From the NCBI GenBank assembly GCA_964016885.1, contig OZ024753.1, forward strand, positions 14,136,001 through 14,200,000: 64,000 bases of DNA. Direction: 5' to 3'. Under the pieces are notes generated by a model. That model saw only the letters and a program-made list of their open reading frames with translations, did no database searches and was not told the origin of the DNA. The stretch is from Eledone cirrhosa (lineage: Eukaryota). Below are positions 50,492-63,290 of this stretch, in pieces; the first letter of the stretch is position 1; each line of letters opens with the position of its first letter. Position numbers and translations under genes: made by a program.

Positions 50492-52169
50492 CAGTGGCGA
50501 AGGGTAACTTGAAAAGCAGGGCATGCAGTCCAATCGCCATGGCGGAAAGTTGGGCTGTGCAGCCTTACCCCCCCCCCCCCATTCCCTCTAAATGACCCTC
50601 CCGGTCAAAGCTGCATGTAGTGTTATCTAGTGTGTGTGTGTGTGTGTTATCTTTTTATGTGTCTACAATTTAGTAAGCAGTCAAAATTCTGCTTGCCCCA
50701 AAGCTGTCGTGTATTTGTGTGTATGTCTTTGTGCGTGTGTGTGTGTTTCCTTTTGTGTGTCTATACGTTTTAGTAAGCAGTCAAAATTCTGCTTGCCCCA
50801 AAACTGTCGTGTGTTTATGTGTTTGTGTGTATGTGTGTGTGTTATCTGTTTATGTGTCTACGATTTAGTAAGCAGCCAAAATTCTGCTTGCTTCAACCGA
50901 CGCAATTGATCAACTCAAGATTCTATAATGCATGCACTGCATGCTTTGCATGTACGGACCCTTCGCCCCTGATGTGTGTGTGTGTATGTATGTACACATA
51001 CCATCCTACCACAGAATTCAGCTCTCACAATCCCCCCCCTATCCTCTCTTGAACTATTGACCACTAGATTAACAATACATTCACAGGATATTTTTCAAAA
51101 CAATTTTCTCCCTTACAGAAAAACAACTTCTTTTCTAAATTCCACCCAAACTTTCAACAAGCAGGATGGAAGAAAAGTTATTCAAACATTCGATTTTGAT
51201 TTTAGACCTTTCGTTTTTGACTCCTATCAACCCTTTTTAATTTTTTACACTCTACATTTGACAAGATGGATTTTTTATACATGAAAACCGGTAATTTCTT
51301 CATATACTTTATATACTTCATAAAAAAATTTTTTAAAAAGAATTGTCCCTCTCATTTTTTAATAACATTATCTTTTCAGTAATGTCACTTTGACGAATCA
51401 AAAAAGAAAAACAGACTCTTAAATATATCTCCCGTGCTATTTCCAACTTCATCTTTTCTCTATCTCCACTGTTTTGTATAGAATCCTTACTTCCCTTTTC
51501 TAATATATATATATATAACAAAGAGGGTGTGGTAAAAACCACTTAACGATAACCCACCAGAGTACTCAATACTTGAGGTAGTAGAGTAGGTAATATGAAA
51601 AGATTCAGGACCCTGACAGCTGAGCTCCGGCCATTTTGAGAGCTAGATCCGAACTTGAATCTAGCTGCTGAAATGGCCGGAGCTCAACCATCGGAGTCCT
51701 GAATCTTTAAACATACTAGCAGAAAAACCACCTTCTGATGGTTTTCTGCTAGCATGTGTAGTGTGTATATTGATATTATACGCAAGTATATATACATGTA
51801 GATATGATACATCAAATAAAACCGTAATTGACAATATACACAGAAATTGAACGAAGACATTGTTACACTGTTTTATGTAATCGGTAACATAATCCATGAT
51901 ACATTAAAAAAAGACAATATTATATATAAACTGGTGGATTGGCAGTATCGGTAGAGGGTCGGACGCTATGCTTTGACGTATAGAGTTACGGCCTTTGCCA
52001 TTCTGAGTTCAAATCCCGCCGAGGTTAACTTTGCCCTTCATCCTTACGGGGTCGATAAAATAAAGTACCAGTAATGCTCTGGGTATTTGCTGGCCTTGTG
52101 CCAAACGTAGAAACAATTATATATAAACAGCATTAGGAAAAATTTAGTATGTTTATTTAAGTGATTGAC

Positions 52170-52263
52170 ACCGGAAGTGTTGACATCACACACTCTCTCT
52201 TTCTATATATATGGTAGTTGAAGTGGTGGTGGTGGTGATGGTGGCAACGATATACCGGAAGTG
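52170..52263 (+). promoter_or_regulatory. Two identical ETS-type sites ACCGGAAGTG, candidate promoter
   Basis: Exact 10-mers at 52170 and 52254 in CpG-poor, non-repetitive sequence. Confidence 0.4.
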
Positions 52264-52595
52264 CAACTTTGAAAAGAAGTCAATTTTAAATTATTTATTT
52301 TTATGAAATTATTTTTGTTTACGAAATTTAGTAGATAAATTCATTATTTATTCAAAGTAATCCAACTTATTTTACTAATGGGATAAAAAAAAAAAAAACC
52401 ATATGCAGTCCTGCAGACCTTCCTTTATTATAGTTTAGATTTATATATAAATGTATGTTTCTGTGCATGTATATATATATGTGTGTGTATGTATGACTGT
52501 GTAGGCACACTAGCTGATCTATCTTGTATTGATAAAATCTTCCTTTTGGCAGATATGGTTGAGAAGTTCCCTTGCCCACCACCTTGCTTCAGGTG

Positions 52596-52918
52596 TAGTA
52601 GTGTTAGTAGTAGTAGTAGTAGTAGTATGCAGCTGGTAGTGGTAGTGGTAATAGTAGTGGTAGTAGTCATAGTGGTTATAGTAGTAGTGGTGGTAGTAGT
52701 AATAGTATGAGGGTGGTTAGTATGAGGGTGGTGGTACTAGTAGTAGTAGTATGCAGCTAGCAGTGGTAATAGTAGTGGTAGTAGTCATAGTGGTGGTAGT
52801 AGTGGTAGTGGTAGTATGTGGGTTGTGGTAGTAGTTGTAGTAGTAGTAGAAGTAGTATGCAGGTAGTAGAAGTAGTGGTAATAGTAGTAGTTGTAGTAGT
52901 AGTAGAAGTAGTATGCAG

Positions 52919-52950
<32 letters not shown>

Positions 52951-53016
52951 AGTAGTTGTAGAAGTAGTATGCAGGTAGTAGTAGTAGTAGAAGTAGTGGT
53001 AGTAGTATGCAGCTGG
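52596..53016. repeat. (GTA/GTG)n trinucleotide-rich repeat
   Basis: Directly visible. Confidence 0.9.
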
Positions 53017-53135
53017 TAGAAGTGTAACAGAATTCATGGTTATTTTAATTTTTAATCCCAACAATCCACTGAAAGAAATTTTATTTAAAAGTAAAAGAAA
53101 CAAATTTAGAATTCATTAATGTTATTAAAAGGTTG

Positions 53136-53519
53136 GGCGGTGGATTGGCAGTATCGGTAGAGGGTCGGACGCCATGCTTTGATGCATAGAGTTACGGCCC
53201 TTGCCATTCTGAGTTCAAATCCCGCCGAGGTTAACTTTGCCTTTCATCCTAACGCGGTCGATAAAATAAAGTACCAGTAATACACTGGGGTAATAGCTGG
53301 CCTTGTGCCAAAACAATTAATGTAGAAACAATTAATTGTTTCCACTTTTTGGCACAATGCCAGCAATTACCCAGTACATTACTGGTACCTTATTTTATCG
53401 ACCCCTGTAAGGATGAAAGGCAAAGTTAACCTCGGCGGGATTTGAACTCAGACCATAAAGGGACGTAACTATGCTGGAAAGCATGGCGTCCGACCCTCTA
53501 CCTATACTGCCAATCTACC
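53136..53519. mobile_element. Tail-to-tail inverted pair of SINE-B copies flanked by an 18-bp direct repeat
   Basis: Plus copy 53136-53333 and minus copy 53334-53519; aatgttattaaaaggttg at 53118 and 53520. Confidence 0.88.
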
Positions 53520-53629
53520 AATGTTATTAAAAGGTTGTCAGGGTTGTTGTTGGAAAATGGTTAAAAATCTTGAAAGTAAAGGAAAGATATGAGGCGGGGG
53601 ATGACAGACTCTACACCCTCAGTCTAGCT

Positions 53630-53796
53630 CAGTCATGGGCAAACTATGCCCCATGACCCACATATGACCAATGTGGCTTTCTGAATGGCACACATAGTAT
53701 CAAAATTGCCTTGAATGTTTTAGTAGTGCAGCCTGCCTTATGATGAACAACATCCCATGCAGCGGTCCTCTGCTTGATAAAGGTTGCCCATGCCTG
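53630..53796. mobile_element. hAT-type MITE
   Basis: TIRs cagtcatgggcaaact / aggttgcccatgcctg; the TSD is not clean. Confidence 0.65.
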
Positions 53797-54002
53797 GGTC
53801 TACGTGGTATATCTCAGTTGTACACCACAGATAAAATGGGGATAATGTTAGAGAGTAGCAGGTGGCGCCCTAGTTTGTGTCCTATTTACCATTTTCTGAT
53901 TTCAAATCCAGCTAGGATGAAGTATTTGTCTTCATATCTCAATGGAGTGGTTGGTTGTTTCAGCTCGTCTCCTTCACAATCCTCCAGGGTAATAATGTCT
54001 TC

Positions 54003-54238
54003 TGGGATCACGAAACATACTGACTCTTGAACAGTGTGTGGTAAATAAGATCCTCCCCCCCCTATGCTGGGATCACGAAACAGACTGACCCTTGAACAGT
54101 GTGTGGTAAATAAGATCCCCCCCCTCTGCTGGGACCATGGGACAAACTGACCCTTGAACATTGTGTGGTAAATAAGATCCCCCTCTGTTGGGATCATGGG
54201 ACAAACTGACCTTTAAACGTTGTGTGGTAAATAAGATA
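54003..54238. repeat. ~60-bp tandem repeat, 4 units
   Basis: Unit tgggatca..ctgacccttgaacagtgtgtggtaaataagatcccc. Confidence 0.85.
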
Positions 54239-54609
54239 CCACCAAACACACTATAAATAGGCTATGATATGGCTTATCGAATGTATGATACATGTGGTAG
54301 ATACTACACTCACTATATATAAGCTATGATAGCATGGGTTAGATGGGTTTGTCCCAATTAGAGGCAAGTTGGGTCAGGTGACCATGTCTTGCTCATATAG
54401 GAGAGTTTCTGGCTGGTTTTCTATGGCTGGATGCCCTTTCTAACGCCAACCACATTGACAGTGTCTGCTGGTTACTTTTTGTCATGACATCTACACTATA
54501 TATATATATGTGTGTGTGTGTGTTTGTTGTTATATGAGGGGGCCCACCAAACCTGAACTGCCCTGGGTCACCCAAGGTCTAAATCTGCTCCTAAAACTAC
54601 ATACTATAC

Positions 54610-54956
54610 CAGTGGTTGCAAACCTTTTGGACCTCACAGACCAATAAATTCATAATTTTAAATCCCGCGGAACACTAATATGAATTTTTTTAAAAAGATA
54701 AATACATTTGTGAAATAATGATCCGAGAACTTCCATTTTATTAATATGAAATACACCTATTAAATATAACAAAATTATAAAAGCTTATTTAATTATATGA
54801 AAATTATAAATGCTTATTTAATTATAACAAAATTATAAATGCTTATGTAATCATAACAAAATCTTTAAAGCAAATAATGTCCAAATTTTTCTGCGGACCA
54901 CCAAAATTTTCTCTTGGACCACCAGTGATCCGCGAACCACCGGTTGGCAACCACTG
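54610..54956. mobile_element. hAT-type MITE
   Basis: TIRs cagtggttgcaaacc / ggttggcaaccactg, with 8-bp TSD tactatac / tactatat. Confidence 0.85.
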
Positions 54957-55915
54957 TACTATATTATATACATGATAGGTGCTGTAGAAAGGTGAATCTG
55001 TTGAAGTGTTGGTGATTGTCATATATCTCCTAGCATTCATCATCATCATCATCACCGTTTTACGTCCGTTCTTCCACGCTAGCATGGGTTAGACAAGTTG
55101 TCCTGTTGTGGGCAGTGTGCAGTCGGCTGACCTTGTCTTGCTCATACGGGAACTGATTCTGGCTTGATTTCTACAGCTGGATGCCCTTCCTAACACCAAC
55201 CTCATTTACAGTGAGTGCTGGGTGCTTTTTTCCGTGGTGCTTACACGTCCACTTTACAGTGTGGGCTGGGTGCTTTTTTGCAGTGGGAGGGTGTGGAGGC
55301 ATATTTTCTATATGCTTCAGCTTCGGCTTGTACCCGTGGAAGGTCAGGTCTTCTGTATTACTGCGTGACGCCAGAGGTCACGGGCGTATATCATCGCCTT
55401 TGAGAGGTGTAATTGGGTAAGGTCGGCTTTTATCACCTCATCGCAGGTTATTTACCACATTATATCTATTTATAGCTATGGACCTTTACATTCAGAGGTT
55501 AGCTTTGCCTTTCATCCTTGCAGGGTTGATAGAATAAAGTACCAGTAATGTACTGGGGTCGATTTAATTGACTTTCCTCTCTTACAAAATTACTGGCCTT
55601 GTGCCGAAATTAGAAACCATTATATCTCCTCTATGGATTCAATTAAATGAAGTTAACAGGCATGAAGTGGGTTGTAGGTTCTTGTCTCAACTTACATACA
55701 CCCTAGCCACCGCTCCAGCCAGCTCCTTCAGCCCTTCCCTATCTCATACACATCTGTAACCTTGTTTTGAAATATAAGAAACCATTAATTATTTGGTGCC
55801 AAGCATTTTTATTTATTTATTTATTGTCAAATTTACAAAAATGAAAATGTTGCATATTTTATATTTTCTCACAATGTATCACCCTTTTGAACATATCATG
55901 TGACACATGCACTAC

Positions 55916-56528
55916 CTCACTCACACACACACACACACACCACAGTCTCTCTCTCTCTCACACATACAAGCGCACACACACACACTCTCTCTCTCTCTCA
56001 CACGCACACACAGATACACACACTCTCTGTCTCTCTCTCACACACACACAGACACACACATACACACACACTCTCACACACTGTCTCTCTCTCTCTCTAT
56101 CTCTCTCACATACAAGCGCACACATACACACACTCTCTCTCTCTCACACACACACACACAGTCTCTCTCTCTCACACATACAAGCGCACACATACACACA
56201 CACTCTCTCTCTCTCTCTCACACAGATACACACACACACACACTCTCTGTCTCTCTCTCACACACACACAGACACACACATACTCTCACACACATACACA
56301 CTCTGTCTCTCTCTCTCTCACACACATACAAGTGCACACACACACGCACACTCTCTCTCACACACATACACAGTCTCTCTCTCTCTCACACATACAAGCG
56401 CACACATACACACACACACACACTCTCTCTCACACACACACACATACACTCTTTCTCACACACATACATACACACACTCTCTTTCACACACACACACACA
56501 CACACACTCTGTCTCTCTCTCTCTCTCA
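55916..56528. repeat. Compound (CA)n/(CT)n microsatellite
   Basis: Directly visible. Confidence 0.93.
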
Positions 56529-56732
56529 TATTATAGACTGTGTCATATGTATATATACATTACTATATAAATACATAAACTGAAGGAAAATGAAATATGT
56601 TCTTTCACAAATGTTTGCGAAAACTGTCTTAGCATCGTTGCAGTCTATGAATGAAATTATATACAACTAGCAGAATATTTCTAACAGCATTTTATAAGAG
56701 GAACCATGAAAAAAAAAACAATTGAGCTTACT

Positions 56733-56776
<44 letters not shown>

Positions 56777-57147
56777 GGTAACACGGTAAAAAGTTCCCAG
56801 TTCCACACAGTAAATGTGGTTGGTGTTAGGAAGGGCATCCAGCCATAGAAAACCTGCCAGATAGTCCTATATGAGCGAGACACCGTCACCCGACCAACCT
56901 TGCCTCAAGTGGGACAACTCCCGTCTAACCTATGCTAGTGTGGAAAGTGGACATTAAACAAGGATGATGATGATGATGATATATATAAGGATTGGTGCTC
57001 TGAAATAGCGATGTATACATGAGTGTATGTATAGTATATTTGGCAATATACCGTATGTTTAATTAAAAACATTTAGAAAACCATACGCTATCAGTTTTAA
57101 AGTAATGACTATGTCACTTACTTCTTTTCAGTGAAAGAAGGGAGAGA

Positions 57148-57189
57148 AGCTGACAGTCTGTTTCACGCTGGTTGGCGTTCATCAGAGCT
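57148..57189 (-). ncRNA. Type I hammerhead ribozyme with intact core
   Basis: agct-CTGATGA-acgc-caacca-gcgt-GAAA-cagact-GTC-agct. It lies between 54-bp direct repeats (56988-57041 and 57303-57356). Confidence 0.82.
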
Positions 57190-57370
57190 ACGTACTCCCT
57201 GCTTCTGCCGAAAATTATAGAAGCTGGATTCTTATAGAATTCCAGTAATAATCAGGAGCTGATTATACAGAGCGATTGCCGGTCCTGCCAAAATTAGGTA
57301 TTAGGATTGGTGCTCTGAAATAGTGATGTATACATGAATGTATGTATAGTATATTTAGTGCTATTTCTGA

Positions 57371-58884
57371 ACCAGTATTGCGACAAGCCTCGGCCAACAT
57401 CATAACGGCAAGGGTGGTGGGCCAGGGGGACCCCTACAGCAATGCCAACCTAGTTCAGGCAGTATAATTAACAACAGCTTACTAGAAAAATTCCCCGCGT
57501 ACAGGCTTAATAATGGTGACGGTATCTTACTAACACCTACCAGCAAACATAGGGTAACCCAGAGCGGCCTAGCAGGGCATAAGTTAGCACATGGGACTAA
57601 TATGAATAGAGCGCACAATAGGCAGCAGTCCAACTGCCCCAGTAGAAACACCCACCAGGGCTTAAACGACCACACCAGCCCAACGGCGATAGGGAAACAC
57701 CAGCGTAATGTCATATGGTTCCTTCCCCCCTACTCTAGGAGTATAGCCTCTAACATACCCAGAATCTTCTTCGACGCCTTAGAGAGGAACTTCCCACTTA
57801 ACCATAGATACCACAAGATCCTCAACAAGAATAACATCAAAATATCCTACTCTACTACACCTAACTTAGCTGACATAATAGCACTTAGCAACCACAGTAA
57901 GCTCAATAGAATAAAGCCAGCCCATAATGCCAACATTGGTGAATCTGGCTACCCTGATAACCTTAATAACTCCGGTGCCTATAATAGTAGCAGTAATAGT
58001 AACCAGGACAGTAATCATAGTATTAGTAGTAACGTCTACAATAGCAACATCATAGAGACTAACTACAGCACTAGTAGTGGAGCGGGCGACCAGGTTAGGA
58101 ATCATAGCAGCGATGACAGCAGCTGTGGAAGGGGCCGTAATAGGAACAATAGAAATACCCTCCATCAGACACCTACCATACTCTGAACGCCTTGCTTCCC
58201 TGGGCATGGATTCATTGAAGCTCCGACATCTGGCAATGGACTTAGTAAACACCCACAAAGTTATTAACCATCTCACCAACAACAACCCTGAGCACCTTTT
58301 TGATCTCCATGTGTCTAACACACGTGGACATGCCTACAAAGTCAGAAAACAGCACATCTCCCATGAATTTTCGGAAACATTTTTTCATGCTTGGAGTTGC
58401 TGAAGTATGGAACAAACTGCCTGCGTCAGTTGTTAGCTGTCGAGACACTGCATCCTTTAAAACCTCCATGGAAAAAACTGCCTGTGTCAGTTGTTAGCTG
58501 TCGAGACACTGCATCCTTTAAAACCTCCATGGAACAAACTGCCTGCATCAGTTGTAAGCTGTCGAGACACTGCATCCTTTAAAACCTCCATGGAACAAAC
58601 TGCCTGCGTCAGTTGTTAGCTGTCGAGACACTGCATCCTTTAAAACCTCCATGGAACAAACTGCCTGCGTCAGTTGTTAGCTGCCGAGACACTGCATCCT
58701 TTAAAACCCTCATGCTTCCCGAAATTCGCCAAAACTACACCTGATGTACCCCTTCCATACACATACACACGTGTATATCATGACTCATGCACTGTTCATT
58801 TTCTTGACGTTTGTACATTACCCTATGTACTATACATACACTTTTGATGAGTTGTAGTGCACCTGAGCACTGTACACAATATTT

Positions 58885-58931
<47 letters not shown>

Positions 58932-59487
58932 GAAATAGCACCATATCGCAGGACTATAACTACACAATAATGCCAACTACAACAATGGTGATGGTGGTAA
59001 TGATAGCAGTAATGATAGCAGCGGACCTCACCACATTAGAAATAGCAACAAAAAACATTGCAATTGCCGAAACGCCAACAACTGTCCACTCCAGGGCCAC
59101 TGCTTGATTAGAAACGTAATCTATAAATGCAGTGTGACGAGTTATAATAGCACTAGGTCATACATAGGAGCCACTTCTAATGAGTTCAAGACTAGATTTA
59201 GAGCACATCTCCACTCCTTTAGGAATAAGAAACTAAGATTCTCTACCTCCTTCACTAATTATATTACCCAATTAACTGACTTTAACATTAGCTACACCAC
59301 TCAATGGAAAATTGTTAAACAAGCAACCCCATCTAATTTCAGGAAAAATTGCCAGCTCTGCTTAATGGAGTTATACTATATTGTACAAGCACCCCAGGAA
59401 CTCATTAATAGTCGGACTGAAACGGTTATCAATTGCAGCCACCGACTGCAGCACTCCTTCTACAGATGGTCCCCCGAACCTGAATAA
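57371..59487 (+). mobile_element. 5'-truncated Penelope-like element (linker plus GIY-YIG), interrupted by a CR1 insertion
   Basis: RNVIWFLPPYS..FPLNHRYHKILNKNNIKISYS, then CNCRNANNCPLQGHC..VIYKC..YIGATSNEFKTRF..CQLCLME..INSRTE..CSHR. Confidence 0.9.
58158..58928 (+). mobile_element. CR1-type LINE 3' fragment with (TTA)n tail and 9-bp TSD
   Basis: LPYSERLASLGMDSL..TRGHAYK..WNKLP; TSD atagaaata at 58149 and 58929; internal ~61-bp tandem repeat at 58408-58708. Confidence 0.88.
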
Positions 59488-59876
59488 CATCATATCTCCA
59501 CACTTTTCTGCATCACACCTCGATTTAGCCCACCTGCAATAGGTATACCAATGTGCAGTGTTTAATGACACTATCAACCATCCATCCGTTTCCATCCAAG
59601 GCACTGCGATTCACGTACTGAGTTAGGCTGACCCTGCTAAATTTTTCCCCCTGGCTAGGATGTGTTAGAATAAACTTAGTAACCTCCAGCCTAGCGCCGT
59701 GTAATTACCTCCCTTAGTGGATTATGTCCCTTTCACTGATGCCATGGTGATTACACTTTTTCGGGCAAAATGCAGGGTGATGTCAAGTTGGCGTAAAAAT
59801 CCTCAACGGGTTTTATACTTACTGATGTAATCATAAGAACTTCTGCGTATATATATATATACATATATGTATATAT

Positions 59877-59909
<33 letters not shown>

Positions 59910-60861
59910 AATAAATGTGTTAGGTGATTCCGAAGAGAAAGCAAAGGAAAAAACGGGTGCTCTTTGTATAGAACAGAGCTATAGAAATATTTTGTTGTTG
60001 AAAATATATGATTAAGGCCCAGGGTGGTAAAATAAGAGAGAATGTTCAGAAAAAGATGAAGTCAAAAAGGGAATAATATAAGTGTAAAATAAGTATAAAA
60101 TAAAGTAAAATAAAATAAGTGTTGAATATGTAAAGTAAGAGAGATTGTTCAAGGGAAAAGAAGAAATGAATAAAATAGGTGTAATATAAAATAAGGGCTT
60201 AATATAAGTGTTGAATGTGTGATATAATGTGTGTGTGTACCCCCACCCCCACCAACACCACCCCTTTCTCTGTAAAGTTATGTTGGTGCCACAACATCCA
60301 GTCCTAAATAAATGAGGTCGTTTAGGTGTCATGACAAAAAAAACACACAGTCCACGCTGTAATGTGGCCGTGTCGGGTAACACGGTAAAAACCTCCCAGT
60401 CCTCACTGTAAACGTGGTTGGTGTTAGGAAGGGCATCCAGCCGTAGAAAACGTGCCAGATAGTCCTATACGAGCAAGACAACCAATCTTGCCTCACGTGG
60501 GACAACGCCCGTCTAACCCCATGCTAGCATGGAAGATAGACGTTAAACGATGATGATGATGATATAATAGTTTCTGATTTAGATACAAGGACACCAATGT
60601 TGAGAGAGGAGAAAGTAGATTAAATCAACCCCAGTGCATTACTGGTACTATATTTTATCAACTCTGTAATGATGAAAGGTGAAGCTAAACTTGACGTGAT
60701 TTGAACTCAGAATATAAAGGGTCGTAACTCTATACTGCAAAGCATGTTTCCCAATGCTCTGCCGATACTGCCAATCCACCAGCCTCAAAAGTATATATGT
60801 AATAGAGGTGTATATGAAAGCATATATGATATGAATGCTTTAAGCTGTGATCATGTCACAG

Positions 60862-60935
60862 CTACCTCAGTGGCCATGTGAGAATGTCAGACAGGTGGTT
60901 CTGGTGATATTTTCTCACTCAGAACTGAGAGAAAG
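60862..60935 (+). other. Candidate host exon (tentative)
   Basis: cacAG acceptor and a strong AAG|GTAAGC donor. The frame is open (LPQWPCENVRQVVLVIFSHSELRE) and phase-compatible with the acceptor at 63790. Confidence 0.3.
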
Positions 60936-61032
60936 GTAAGCTATATGGTAGCTTATATGCTCTTTTGCATATGAAACATTAGCTGGAGATGCTCATTTGC
61001 CTGTAATACAAACAAAACATCTGTATGTGTGT

Positions 61033-62870
61033 ATATTGTCATTATAGGTATACTTCATTGTAGTTATATTGTCATTATAGTTATATTGTCATTGTAGTTA
61101 TATTGTCATTGTAGTTATATTGTCATTGTAGTTATATTGTCATTGTAGTTATATTGTCATTGTAGTTTTATTGTCATTGTAGTTATACTGTCATTGTAGT
61201 TTTATTGTCATTGTAGTTTTATTGTCATTGTAGTTTTATTGTCATTGTAGTTTTATTGTCATTGTAGTTATATTGTCATTGTAGTTTTATTGTCATTGTA
61301 GTTATATTGTCATTGTAGTTATATTGTCATTGTAGTTATATTGCCATTGTAGTTATATTGTCATTGTAGTTTTATTGTTATTGTAGTTATATTGTCATTG
61401 TAGTTTTATTGTCATTGTAGTTTTATTGTCATTGTAGTTTTATTGTCATTGTAGTTATATTGTCATTGTAGTTATATTGTCATTGTAGTTATATTGTCAT
61501 TGTAGTTATATTGTCATTGTAGTTTTATTGTCATTGTAGTTATATTGTCATTGTAGTTATATTGTCATTGTAGTTATATTGTCATTGTAGTTATATTGTC
61601 ATTGTAGTTTTATTGTCATTGTAGTTATATTGTCATTGTAGTTTTATTGTCATTGTAGTTACATTGTCATTGTAGTTTTATTGTCATTGTAGTTACATTG
61701 TCATTGTAGTTTTATTGTCATTGTAGTTATATTGTCATTGTAGTTTTATTGTCATTGTAGTTTTATTGTCATTGTAGTTATATTGTCATTGTAGTTACAT
61801 TGTCATTGTAGTTTTATTGTCATTGTAGTTTTATTGTCATTGTAGTTATATTGTCATTGTAGTTATATTGTCATTGTAATTATATTGTCATTGTAGTTTT
61901 ATTGTCATTGTAATTATACTGTCATTGTAGTTATATTGTCATTGTAGTTATATTGTCATTGTAGTTTTATTGTCATTGTAGTTACATTGTCATTGTAGTT
62001 TTATTGTCATTGTAGTTTTATTGTCATTGTAATTATATTGTCATTGTAGTTTTATTGTCATTGTAGTTATATTGTCATTGTAATTATATTGTCATTGTAG
62101 TTTTATTGTCATTGTAGTGTTATTGTCATTGTAGTTTTATTGTCATTGTAGTTATATTGTCATTGTAGTTATATTGTCATTGTAGTGTTATTGTCATTGT
62201 AGTTATACTATCATTGTAGTTATATTGTCATTGTAGTGTTATTGTCATTGTAGTTTTATTGTCATTGTAGTTATACTATCATTGTAGTTATATTGTCATT
62301 GTAGTGTTATTGTCATTGTAGTTTTATTGTCATTGTAATTATATTGTCATTGTAGTTTTATTGTCATTGTAGTTATATTGTCATTGTAGTGTTATTGTCA
62401 TTGTAGTGTTATTGTCATTGTAATTATATTGTCATTGTAATTATATTGTCATTGTAGTTTTATTGTCATTGTAGTTATATTGTCATTGTAGTGTTATTGT
62501 CATTGTAGTGTTATTGTCATTGTAATTATATTGTCATTGTAGTTTTATTGTCATTGTAGTTATATTGTCATTGTAGTGTTATTGTCATTGTAGTGTTATT
62601 GTCATTGTAATTATATTGTCATTGTAGTTATATTGTCATTGTAGTTATATTGCCATTGTAGTTATATTGTCATTGTAGTTTTATTGTCATTGTAGTTATA
62701 TTGTCATTGTAATTATATTGTCATTGTAGTTACATTGTCATTGTAGTTTTATTGTCATTGTAGTTTTATTGTCATTGTAGTTATATTGTCATTGTAGTTA
62801 TATTGTCATTGTAATTATATTGTCATTGTAGTTATATTGTCATTGTAGTTATACTGTCATTGTAGTTATA
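61033..62870. repeat. 17-bp minisatellite (GTTATATTGTCATTGTA), ~105 units
   Basis: Directly visible. Confidence 0.97.
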
Positions 62871-62992
62871 TGCCCATTTCTATTCTGGCTAGGTTTAGTA
62901 GGTCATCATAGTTTGAGATAAGATGGGTCAGATAACTTTATTTTGTTCATACATTCTATATTTTGGCAGGGTTTCTATGGCCAAATTCCATT

Positions 62993-63290
62993 CCACTTTA
63001 CAGAGTGTAGTGGGTGCATTTTGTCATGATACCAGCACTATCACTTTCCAGAGTGTACTGGGTGCATTTTGTCATGACACCAGCACTATCACTTTCCAGA
63101 GTGTACTGGGTGCATTTTGTCATGACACCATCACTATCACTTTTCAGAGTGTACTGGGAGCATTTTGTCATGACACCAGCACTATCACTTTCCAGAGTGT
63201 ACTGGGTGCATTTTGTCATGACACCATCACTATCACTTTCCAGAGTGTACTGGGTGCATTTTGTCATGACACCAGCATTAGCACTTTACA
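62993..63290. repeat. 48-bp tandem repeat, ~6 units, similar to a SINE-A internal segment
   Basis: Unit cagagtgtactgggtgcattttgtcatgacaccagcactatcactttc. Confidence 0.88.

Noticed and set aside
55696-55753. Minus-strand exon with an in-frame TGA (possible selenocysteine) and a GTAAGT donor
   Set aside because: All frames contain stops, there is no recognisable selenoprotein motif, and no SECIS or compatible neighbouring exon was identified.
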